This document shows positions 30,859-40,014 of a stretch of DNA of 61,280 bases, piece after piece. The DNA is from Eubacteriales bacterium (GTDB lineage: Bacteria; Bacillota; Clostridia; Oscillospirales; CAG-272): assembly GCA_045533775.1 (NCBI GenBank), contig JAZSIK010000036.1:1-61280 (forward strand), written 5' to 3'. How positions within the stretch are numbered: position 1 is the first letter of the stretch; each line of letters begins with the position of its first letter. The position numbers and the translations under genes are program-made. The notes beneath the pieces are model-generated. The model did no database searches, was not told where the DNA came from, and worked only from the letters and a program-made list of their open reading frames with translations.

Positions 30859-32256
30859 TCATTCTACCTTTAATTGCCTTACCCAGATACCCTTATGCAC
30901 CAATATCAGACCGGGAATCAGCTTCAGATTCTCCGCCACAAGGATAATCGGCAGGAAATAATTGAAGGGAATATCGGTAAGATAAGCAATGATGAAAGCC
31001 ACGGGCATAACGATAACCCAAGCGTATACACTGTCAAAAAGCATAGTGACAAACACCCTGCCGCCCGAGCGGATCGTGTAATACGTGGAGGTGGCAAGCG
31101 CAGCGGCGGGCATCGTTATAGCAAAGCATCTGAGGATAAACGAGGAGAGATTTCGCACCTGATCACTGGTTTTGTAAAGCAGGGGGAATAACGGGGAGGC
31201 AAGCAACTGAACGCACATCATACCAAGTCCAACAAATACCGCAAAGGCAAGCAGCTTTCTGTCTGTCTCCTTCGCCTCCTCCAGCTTGCCCGCTCCGAGC
31301 AGGTTGCCGACAATAATGGCTATGGATGAGCTGAGGGCAAAGTATGCCACGCTAAGCAGATTCTGCAGAGTAAAGGAGATATTCATCGCCGCCACAACAT
31401 CAAGTCCGCGGGTTGAATAGCACTGATTGCATATTGTTACCGAGAGGGACCAGAAAAGCTCGTTAAGAAGTATGGGCGCACCCTTTATTATTATCTGCTT
31501 GACAAGCGCCGATGGAACTCTGAAGTTCTTGAACAAGCCTGTAGCAAAGGGGCATTTTTCCCTGTTGGTATGAGTATATACCAGAAGTATTGCCAGCTCT
31601 ACGAATCTTGAGAGAGCTGTTGCTATTGCCGCACCAGAGACGCCGAGAGCGGGCAGACCGAACAGACCGAAGATAAGCAGACCGTTAAAGACAAAATTGG
31701 TGGCTATGGATGCCACGCTGGCAATCATAGGTACGACAGTCTCACCTGTCTCACGCAGGGTGGAGGCGTAGGCCTGAGAAACTGCGAAGGGCAAAAGACC
31801 GATAAGTATCAGCGAAAGATATTTCTTTCCCGACTCAAAGGTCAGAACGAGATCGCTGCCGTCTGTGCTTTCGTGAAGATAGCTATTAATCAGAAGATCA
31901 CCGGCTCCGCCGATTATACCGATGCCGATAGCGGCAATTACAAGCACCATAACAAGCTTTACCCGCAGAGTATGTCTGACACCCTCGGTATCTCCGCGAC
32001 CGTTAAACTGGGCAGTAAAAATACCCGCGCCCGAAATCGCGCCAAAAATTGCAAGATTAAATACGAAAATAAATTGGTTAACTATGGCAACGCCAGACAT
32101 CTGCTCCGTTCCGAGAGTTCCAACCATAAGATTGTCAAGCAGGTTGACAAGGTTAGTCACCGCGTTCTGTATTATCATTGGCACCGTAATAGCAAGCACT
32201 CTTTTATAAAAAGCGCGGTCACCTATATACGATCTGAGTGTTTCCTTGATTTTCAT
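30859..32256 (-). CDS. MATE-family efflux transporter
   Basis: PMIIQN..NLLDNLMVG, LGVSGAAIAT and GNLLGAG motifs; ~12 TM helices. Confidence 0.92.
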   Translation of the reverse strand: MKIKETLRSYIGDRAFYKRVLAITVPMIIQNAVTNLVNLLDNLMVGTLGTEQMSGVAIVNQFIFVFNLAIFGAISGAGIFTAQFNGRGDTEGVRHTLRVKLVMVLVIAAIGIGIIGGAGDLLINSYLHESTDGSDLVLTFESGKKYLSLILIGLLPFAVSQAYASTLRETGETVVPMIASVASIATNFVFNGLLIFGLFGLPALGVSGAAIATALSRFVELAILLVYTHTNREKCPFATGLFKNFRVPSALVKQIIIKGAPILLNELFWSLSVTICNQCYSTRGLDVVAAMNISFTLQNLLSVAYFALSSSIAIIVGNLLGAGKLEEAKETDRKLLAFAVFVGLGMMCVQLLASPLFPLLYKTSDQVRNLSSFILRCFAITMPAAALATSTYYTIRSGGRVFVTMLFDSVYAWVIVMPVAFIIAYLTDIPFNYFLPIILVAENLKLIPGLILVHKGIWVRQLKVE

Positions 32257-32381
32257 TGTTTTCCTCGCAAAAGATATTAACTTTTTTATTTTATCATAAC
32301 TTATTATAAAATGCAATAGAATTGGTAGTTATTTACTTCTGCAATAAATATTTGTTCTGTCACGTGACGATTAAAGCCGAC

Positions 32382-33284
32382 TCACAGAAAAATCTGAGAA
32401 AGATATCTTTCGCCTCCGTCGGGGAAAATAGTAACTATATTTTTACCTCTGTTTTCTTCTCTTTTAGCAAGAGCAACGGCAGCACACAATGCCGCCCCGG
32501 ACGACCAACCGACAAAGGCGCCCTCAAGTCGGGAAACAAGCCCTGCCATATTTCTTGCCTCCTCGGTTGAAACTGTGATGATCTCATCGCACAGAGAAAT
32601 ATCAAAGAGTGGTGGAACAAACCCCGCTCCAATACCCTCTATGCCGTGTTTGCCCCTGGCACAACCGGATAAAACCGCCGATTCTATGGGCTCCGCAGCT
32701 ACCGTCTTTATACTCCGACATTTCTCCTTTAGGTATCTGCTAACGCCCGAAAAAGTGCCTCCCGTACCAACTCCACAGACAAAAATGTCAACTTTAGCTG
32801 ACATTTCTCGGTATATTTCAGGCCCTGTGGTCAAATAATGGGCATTTACGTTTTCTGTATTTACGAACTGACGTGGCATATATGCTTCTTGCTCTGCGGC
32901 TATTTTTTCTGCCACAGTCAGCGCTCCCTGCATACCTCCTGTTTTGTCGGTTATGACAACATCCGCCCCGTATGCCTTCATAATTTTTATTCTTTCCTGT
33001 GACATTCCCTCGGGCATAACAACAGTAAGCGATATGCCATATGCCGCTGATAGCATAGCGAGAGATATACCCATATTTCCACTTGTTGCCTCAACCATTT
33101 TACCTCCACGAAGAGTGCCCTCCCGCATAGCCGCCCTGATAATAAAGAGCGCCGCTCTATCCTTTACCGACCCTGATGGATTTATCCTCTCAAGCTTTGC
33201 AAATATGTGCGCAGACAGACTAAAATGCTTCTCTATACCGCAAAGGTGAAGCAAAGGGGTGTTGCCTATATTTTTACCAATCAT
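32382..33284 (-). CDS. cysK: Cysteine synthase (PLP-dependent)
   Basis: IGNTPL, KLERINPSGSVKDR, EATSGN, GVGTGGT and HGIEGIG motifs. Confidence 0.9.
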   Translation of the reverse strand: MIGKNIGNTPLLHLCGIEKHFSLSAHIFAKLERINPSGSVKDRAALFIIRAAMREGTLRGGKMVEATSGNMGISLAMLSAAYGISLTVVMPEGMSQERIKIMKAYGADVVITDKTGGMQGALTVAEKIAAEQEAYMPRQFVNTENVNAHYLTTGPEIYREMSAKVDIFVCGVGTGGTFSGVSRYLKEKCRSIKTVAAEPIESAVLSGCARGKHGIEGIGAGFVPPLFDISLCDEIITVSTEEARNMAGLVSRLEGAFVGWSSGAALCAAVALAKREENRGKNIVTIFPDGGERYLSQIFL

Positions 33285-33367
33285 TTTCCCTCCAAAAAAA
33301 TATTGACATTTTATACTGATATAATATATAATATACCTACTAAGTAAGTATAATTCAGGAGAAAGCT

Positions 33368-35542
33368 ATGAAAATTATCAAGAGAAACGGAGCAGAGGCC
33401 GAGTTTGACAAGAGCAAAATATATGCTGCAGTAAGCAAAGCCAACAATGCGGTTGAACCTATTCATCGCATCAGCTACGATCAGATACAGCAGATAACCG
33501 ACAGAGTAACAGAAAAATGTCAGCTTCTTTCCCGTCTTGCAGAGGTGGAGGAAATACAGGATATGGTGTAGAGAGAGCTTATGTCTCTCGGCGCCTTCAC
33601 CCTGGCAAAAACCTATATAACCTACCGATATACAAGAGAACTGGTGCGTAAGTCCAATACCACCGACGAGCGTATTATGTCGCTTATTGAGTGTGCAAAC
33701 GAGGAGATAAATCAGGAAAACTCTAATAAAAATCCCACCGTAAACAGCATTCAGCGTGACTATATGGCAGGCGAGGTGTCAAAGGACCTTACACGCAGAA
33801 TACTGCTGCCCGCCGATATTGTCAAGGCGCACGAGGACGGTCTCATCCACTTTCACGATGCAGATTACTTTGCACAGCATATGCATAACTGCGATCTTGT
33901 TAACCTTGAGGATATGCTGCAGAACGGCACCGTTATCTCGGGTACGCTGATTGAAAAGCCCAAGAGCTTCTCCACCGCCTGCAACATTGCGGCGCAGATT
34001 ATTGCCCAGGTGGCATCAAATCAGTACGGTGGTCAGTCTATCAGCCTGACTCATCTTGCTCCCTTTGTTGACATCAGCAGAAAAAAACTGCGTAAAAAGG
34101 TAACCGAGGAGCTTTGCGCGGCGGGTGTGACTGTCAGCGAGGAGCAGATTGACTCTATTACCGAGAGCAGAGTACGCGAGGAGATCAACCGTGGTGTTCA
34201 GTGCATACAGTACCAGGTTGTCACCCTGCTTACCACCAACGGACAGGCACCCTTTATCACTATGTTTATGTATCTTGGCGAAGCCAAGGAGGGACGGGAA
34301 CGCCAGGACCTTGCACTGATTATTGAGGAGGTGCTGAAGCAGCGCATCCAGGGTGTAAAGAACGAGGCAGGCGTGTGGATCACCCCCGCGTTCCCCAAGC
34401 TTATTTATGTGCTTGAGGAGAACAACGTACATGAAGGCTCGGAGTATTATCACCTGACTACCCTGGCGGCAAAATGCACCGCCAAAAGAATGGTGCCCGA
34501 CTATATTTCCGAAAAAATAATGCTTAAAAACAAGGTTGACAAGTCCGGTGTGGGTAGATGCTATACCTGTATGGGCTGTCGCTCCTTCCTTACTCCCTAT
34601 CTTGATGAGAACGGTCAGCCTAAATACTACGGCCGCTTTAACCAGGGCGTTGTAACCGTAAACCTTGTTGACATTGGTCTGTCGGCAAAGGGCGATATGG
34701 ATCTGTTCAAGAAGATCTTTGACGAACGTATGGAGCTTTGCCACAGGGCGCTGCGCTGCCGTCACGAGAGATTGCTCGGCACACGCTCTGATGCTGCGCC
34801 CATACTCTGGCAATACGGAGCTCTGACCCGTCTTGCGCCCGGTGAAAAAATAGACAAATACCTCTACGGCGGCTACTCTACCCTGTCTCTCGGCTATGCG
34901 GGACTCTGGGAGTGCGTGCTGGCTCTCTCCGGCAAAAAGCTGACCGAGCCCGAGGGTGAGGCGCTTGGCCTTGAGATAATGAATATGCTCAACTCCTACA
35001 CCGCAAAGTGGAAGGCTGCAGAGAATATTGATTACTCCCTCTACGGCACCCCCCTTGAAAGCACAACATATAAGTTTGCCAAGAGTCTGCAGACCCGCTT
35101 CGGTATTATAGACGGTATCACAGATAAGAGTTATATCACCAACTCCTATCACGTTCATGTAACCGAGGAAATTGATGCCTTTGAGAAGCTCTCTCTGGAG
35201 GCAAAGTTCCAGGCGCTCTCGCCCGGAGGAGCGATCTCCTATGTTGAGGTTCCAGATATGCAGAACAACATACCTGCGGTGCTTGATGTGATGAGCTACA
35301 TCTACGACAACATTATGTATGCCGAGCTGAATACCAAGAGCGACTACTGTCAGCTGTGTGGCTTTGACGGTGAGATCCTGGTAGTAGAGGATGGCGGCAA
35401 GCTGGTATGGGAATGTCCCAACTGTCACAACCGCGATCAGAGAAAGATGAATGTTGCAAGAAGAACCTGCGGTTATATCGGAACGCAGTATTGGAACCAG
35501 GGCAGAACAAGCGAGATAAAGGACAGAGTTTTGCACCTTTAA
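33368..35542 (+). CDS. nrdD: Anaerobic ribonucleoside-triphosphate reductase (class III), interrupted by one in-frame TAG at 33569-33571
   Basis: ATP-cone MKIIKRNG...EEIQDMV*RELMSLG continues in frame; HNCDL, MGCRSFL, CQLCG..CPNC and RRTCGYIG motifs. Confidence 0.93.
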
Positions 35543-35577
35543 TGCCTGTTTTGTAAACAATATTTGTCAAATAAAAG

Positions 35578-35605
35578 AAAAAGCTCCCTTTGGGGAGCTT
35601 TTTTT
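35578..35605. terminator. Bidirectional terminator
   Basis: AAAAAGCTCCC-tttg-GGGAGCTTTTTTT. Confidence 0.8.
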
Positions 35606-35783
35606 ACAGAGTGGGATATTCGCTTTTACATTTATTCATCATACCGCTGATGCACTGTGCCTTCTCGGTGACAAAGCACTTTACCTTCTCGCCGATGCTG
35701 ATCGCACCAAAGGTTGCAAGGCCGATTATCAGCAGAGTGGCGTAAGGATGTCGCATTATGTGACCCTTTTTGTTCTGAAACAT
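35604..35783 (-). CDS. Small 59-aa single-TM protein (absent from the ORF track)
   Basis: AAGGAG RBS; MFQNKKGHIMRHPYATLLIIGLATFGAISIGEKVKCFVTEKAQCISGMMNKCKSEYPTL*; stop runs into the terminator. Confidence 0.7.
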   Translation of the reverse strand: MFQNKKGHIMRHPYATLLIIGLATFGAISIGEKVKCFVTEKAQCISGMMNKCKSEYPTL

Positions 35784-35946
35784 TCTTTTTCTCCTTTTTG
35801 TGAGTTAAATATATTTTAACCGCGCGAAGAGAAATTATTTATCTCATTGACAAAAGTTTGGGTTTGTTGTAAAATAATAAAGAAAGATACCGCGACCTTG
35901 CGGTGATTGACAAGACGGTTTGGCCCGTACAGAGGGAGGTCAGAAT

Positions 35947-37698
35947 ATGAGATGTAAAAAATGTGGATATCATAACCCGCGCTATGAGACCGTGTGTCCC
36001 GAGTGTGCCGCTCCGTATGAGCTGAGTGTGGGTGAATGCGAAGAGCTTTTTGCCACTTCACAGGAGTATTATCAGGCAAATGATTTTATCCGCGCTGTTG
36101 AAATATACAAAGTACTCGCCTCCTTTGGTTATGCCGCGGGAGAACGAGAGCTGGCGCGCGAGCTGGAGAGAGGTATGCTGCTCCCCCGCGACTATGAAAC
36201 CTCGGTCAACTACTACGCCTCCGCCGCAAGCAAGGGCGATCCCTATGCCGCATACAAGCACGCGCACACACTGGTCAGCAATGATGCAAAAGGTGATTTT
36301 TGGCTGGCATACGCCGCTCTTATGGGCTGTAAGGAAGCATATACCGACGCGGTTGCTCTCTTCTCAAGATATAAGGAGAGAGGCACTGCGGCATATTTCT
36401 GCTCCTGCCTTGCAGAGCTTGACGACACCGATGCCATAATTGAAATGGCAAGAAGGCATCTGTACGGAGACGGTGTTGAACAAAATGAAAGACAGGCAAA
36501 ATGGTATATTGAGCGCATAGACCGTATACCGCTGCACGGCGTCAAGCTGCAAAGAAGGCTTAGTGCCGTATCCGACAGCTCGCAGAGACCTGAGCTGCCT
36601 ACATTTACAGAGCGGAACAGAATTATAGAAAGACTCATTGCCGCAGCGAGAAAATACAAGCTAAACAAGGTTTTACTTGCCCTCTGCAACCTATACGCCC
36701 AGGGTGGCGGCAAGGACGCTGATGTTTTCTTGGCTATATTACATATTGAGGGTATAGAGTTCAGACAAAATATAGATATGGGCATCTCTATGCTGGAGAA
36801 CGCTCTTCTCAACGGCTCTATCATCGGCGCAAAGCTGCTTGGTGACATTTATGCAGCAGGCGAGCAGGTGGATAAAGACAAAGAGCTTGCTACAAAGTAT
36901 TACAGACAGGCTGCCGAGATGGGCGGCGACGGTCAATGGGAGAGTCTTGGCGACATTTTCCTATACGGCGAGGTCACAGAGCCCGAATATGCTCTCGCAC
37001 TCTCACTCTACGAGAGGGGTGCGGAGATGGGCAGCTTTGGTTGTCAGAGAAAGCTGACGATGCTCCACGGTGAGCGCGAAAGATGCTATATTGAGGCTAC
37101 CAGGCTTGAAAGAACGGCTCCCGACGAGGCATTCACCCTCTTCAAAAAATCAGTGGAGCTTGGTTATTTGCCCGCTCACGCCAGAATAGGCTGGTATTAT
37201 GAGAGAGGGCTCGGCACTAAGACCGATCGCAAGGCGGCGTTCAATCACTATAAAGCCGCATATGAGGCAGGTGACAAGCGTGCTGTGGAGAGTCTGGGCA
37301 GATGCTATGCCAGAGGCATAGGCGTTGCCTTTAACTTTGAGCGAGCGTCAGAGCTTTTGTCCGTGGCAAGAGAAATGGGCAGCAATTCTGCCGACCGAGA
37401 GCTGTACCGCATATACGAGAATAAAAAACGGCATATGATACGCTCTCTGTACTCCACCGCCATGAGGCTTTATTATCAAAAAAAATACGATACCGCCCGC
37501 AGTATGCTTGAGGTATGTATGCAACTGGGACTTGGTGAGGCAACATATTCAATCGGCTGCCTGTATGAGTTTGGAATAACGACCGCCCCGGACAGGAAGG
37601 AAGCTCTTCGCTTCTATAAAAAAGCCGCCGATCAGGGGTATACCGATCCCAGGCAGTATCATAAGCAAAGTATGCTCCGTATATGGAAGCAAAACTGA
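35947..37698 (+). CDS. Sel1/TPR repeat protein with an N-terminal zinc ribbon
   Basis: CKKCG...CPEC; repeated LG..Y..G.G...D...A..YY..AA units; GGAGG RBS. Confidence 0.85.
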   Translation: MRCKKCGYHNPRYETVCPECAAPYELSVGECEELFATSQEYYQANDFIRAVEIYKVLASFGYAAGERELARELERGMLLPRDYETSVNYYASAASKGDPYAAYKHAHTLVSNDAKGDFWLAYAALMGCKEAYTDAVALFSRYKERGTAAYFCSCLAELDDTDAIIEMARRHLYGDGVEQNERQAKWYIERIDRIPLHGVKLQRRLSAVSDSSQRPELPTFTERNRIIERLIAAARKYKLNKVLLALCNLYAQGGGKDADVFLAILHIEGIEFRQNIDMGISMLENALLNGSIIGAKLLGDIYAAGEQVDKDKELATKYYRQAAEMGGDGQWESLGDIFLYGEVTEPEYALALSLYERGAEMGSFGCQRKLTMLHGERERCYIEATRLERTAPDEAFTLFKKSVELGYLPAHARIGWYYERGLGTKTDRKAAFNHYKAAYEAGDKRAVESLGRCYARGIGVAFNFERASELLSVAREMGSNSADRELYRIYENKKRHMIRSLYSTAMRLYYQKKYDTARSMLEVCMQLGLGEATYSIGCLYEFGITTAPDRKEALRFYKKAADQGYTDPRQYHKQSMLRIWKQN

Positions 37699-37703
37699 TA
37701 TAT

Positions 37704-37736
37704 AAAAAAACAGAGGCATTTCGCCTCTGTTTTTTT
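37704..37736. terminator. Bidirectional terminator
   Basis: A7-CAGAGGC-atttc-GCCTCTG-T7. Confidence 0.85.
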
Positions 37737-37740
37737 GTTA

Positions 37741-39444
37741 TTACTTATCAAAGGGATATGCGCGACGCTCGTCAAGAGTAATTACGTCGGAGGGCCACTC
37801 AATCATAACCTCACCAACGATGGTGTAGTATGCTCTGGTTATGAAGTATTCCTCATCATAATACTCGTGAATATCCTCGGTACAATCGGCTACGAGCTGC
37901 TCGTACTCCTCGTCGGTGTAATCCTCTCTGGTCTTATCCTCATATTCCATATACTGAGCAATATACTCATTGAGATATTCCTCGTGAAGCTTATCAATGG
38001 TTTCATTAAGCTTCTTCTCATCGGGAACAAGGTTCTCTGCTCTCATAATATAGAACATGGTCATACGCTCCTGCACATCCGCCTGAGCCATCTTGGTCAC
38101 ATAGGTCTTGTAGCTCTGGCCTGACGCAAGTCCGAGATATGCGGTTATATATGCATCAAGAGTATCGTAGGTCTTATACTGACCTGTCATATTGTCATAT
38201 ACTTTTCCTGCATTGTTGATAAACAGATTGGAGAAGTCATTCATATAACCCTCGTACGCCTCATCAACATACTTGCCGGGATACTTCTTCATCTTAACTA
38301 TATTGGAGTAATGCTCCCAGATAGCCTGCTCAAGAAGAGCCTTGTATGCAGACTCATAGATGTCATTAAGAGTTTTCTCGGTGAAGCGGTCGTACTTCTC
38401 AACGAGAGTAGCTCCCTCGTACTCATTAAGCTCCTCAAGGGTAAGATAAATATCCTTGTCCTCAATCTTCTTTGTAAGATACTCGTCGGTGAACTCAGGG
38501 CAGATGTAGTCTATGATATAATCAACATAAACCTCAAAGTACGCGGTCTCATTACGAAGATTGGTGGTCTGATAATCGTAGGGGAAATAAGTCTCAATAA
38601 CAATGGGCTTAGCATTGCGGCTAATGCCGAAGCTTACTGTAACATCGGTATAGGGGATCTCCTTATCAGCAAGAGTAGCCTTGATCTCAGCCTTTTCACC
38701 GCCGATGGTGAGGGCCATCAGAGCAGCCTTAAAGCCTGTTCCGTACTTAGCGTCAAGATCCTCGGAGAGATCCATTTTTACATTAGTGAAATTATCCTTC
38801 TTGGTTGAATCGGTCTTGTTGGGTGTGGAGTAATTGACGTATACAATAAGATCGTCGGTGATAGCACCCTCGGTAACCTTCTCAAGCTTTGAATAATCGC
38901 CGGTGTTCTTGCCGATAAGGTTAAGCTCAAAGCCGGGAACAAAGCCGTTGGAGCCGATGGAAAGCACATGGGGAGATGCAGAGGTAAAGTTGCACATACC
39001 GTCAACATAAACCTTATTACCCTCCTCATCAAGAAGGTATCCGTTGTACCAAATAGCTACATCGTCACCTGCGGAAATGGGGTATCCGGAGGTAATGGGG
39101 TTCTTACCGTACTTCTCATTTACCTCTCTGTCCTCATATACCATATTAAGCTTGGTAATATCAAGATCAAATCTGTGGGGCTTGGCAACATCAACATTGA
39201 TATCAAAGCCCTTATAGCTCTCCTTGAACTCAAGATAACCGTCAAGGTTGGTTGTTAAGTAATCAAAGAAAAGATCCTTCTGGATCGCTGTCACTACGCC
39301 AAACACGGCGAGAACAATAAAAACAAGAGCGAGAATGCCGGCGGTTATGATAATAGCCAGGTTTTTCTCGGATATTTTAGGCTTGGTCTCCTGGTTCTCT
39401 GTTACTTCTTTTTTGGTGATTTCTTTTTTATTGGTTTTACTCAT
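37741..39444 (-). CDS. Membrane-anchored trigger-factor-like / FKBP-type chaperone
   Basis: N-terminal TM; YKGFDINV, GDDVAIWYNG, IGSNGFVPGFELNLIG, FPYDY..LRNETAYFEVYV, PEFTDE and KKYP motifs. Confidence 0.8.
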   Translation of the reverse strand: MSKTNKKEITKKEVTENQETKPKISEKNLAIIITAGILALVFIVLAVFGVVTAIQKDLFFDYLTTNLDGYLEFKESYKGFDINVDVAKPHRFDLDITKLNMVYEDREVNEKYGKNPITSGYPISAGDDVAIWYNGYLLDEEGNKVYVDGMCNFTSASPHVLSIGSNGFVPGFELNLIGKNTGDYSKLEKVTEGAITDDLIVYVNYSTPNKTDSTKKDNFTNVKMDLSEDLDAKYGTGFKAALMALTIGGEKAEIKATLADKEIPYTDVTVSFGISRNAKPIVIETYFPYDYQTTNLRNETAYFEVYVDYIIDYICPEFTDEYLTKKIEDKDIYLTLEELNEYEGATLVEKYDRFTEKTLNDIYESAYKALLEQAIWEHYSNIVKMKKYPGKYVDEAYEGYMNDFSNLFINNAGKVYDNMTGQYKTYDTLDAYITAYLGLASGQSYKTYVTKMAQADVQERMTMFYIMRAENLVPDEKKLNETIDKLHEEYLNEYIAQYMEYEDKTREDYTDEEYEQLVADCTEDIHEYYDEEYFITRAYYTIVGEVMIEWPSDVITLDERRAYPFDK

Positions 39445-39481
39445 TTTAGCAAAAACCTTTCATTATTATATTAATAATCAA

Positions 39482-39916
39482 TTAAACGAAGGAGTCGGCA
39501 AAGGCGCAAGCAAGTCTGTCGCATCTCTCGTTATAATCGTGGCCGTTGTGCCCCTTCACCCACACAAAGCTGACCTTGTGTATCTCTGTGAGAGAATAGA
39601 GCCTGTCCCAGAGATCGGGATTTTTCAGCTCATCTCTTCCACGGCGCCAGCCTGCAGCACGCCAGGAGTGTACCCAGCCGTTAAGATATGCGTCAACAAG
39701 ATATTTTGAATCCGAGTAGAGCGTCACCTCGCAGGGCTCCTTCAGGGCGGCAAGCCCCTCAATAGCTGCGGTAAGCTCCATACGGTTGTTGGTGGTTTCT
39801 CTCTCTCCGCCAGACATCTCCTTTTCATAGACGCCGTACACGAGAATTGCGCCCCAACCTCCCCTGCCGGGATTTCCGCGACAGGCTCCATCGGTATAAA
39901 GCTGAACCTGTTTCAT
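39482..39916 (-). CDS. rnhA: Ribonuclease HI
   Basis: [24 protein letters not shown] and [13 protein letters not shown] motifs. Confidence 0.97.
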   Translation of the reverse strand: MKQVQLYTDGACRGNPGRGGWGAILVYGVYEKEMSGGERETTNNRMELTAAIEGLAALKEPCEVTLYSDSKYLVDAYLNGWVHSWRAAGWRRGRDELKNPDLWDRLYSLTEIHKVSFVWVKGHNGHDYNERCDRLACAFADSFV

Positions 39917-39943
39917 AGGTCATTAGCCTTTCTTCTTTATAAG

Positions 39944-39974
39944 AAAGCGGACGAATATGCTTCGTCCGCTTTTA
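39944..39974 (-). terminator. Terminator-like hairpin between the lipoprotein gene and rnhA
   Basis: AAAGCGGACGAA-tatgc-TTCGTCCGCTTT. Confidence 0.7.
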
Positions 39975-40014
39975 TTGGTCCTATTCTGCGGGACAGCAGA
40001 ATAAATCTGATAAA

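Noticed and set aside
23495-35542. Treating carB and nrdD as true split genes or pseudogenes
   Set aside because: Each has one in-frame TAG and no other decay; reported as a finding instead
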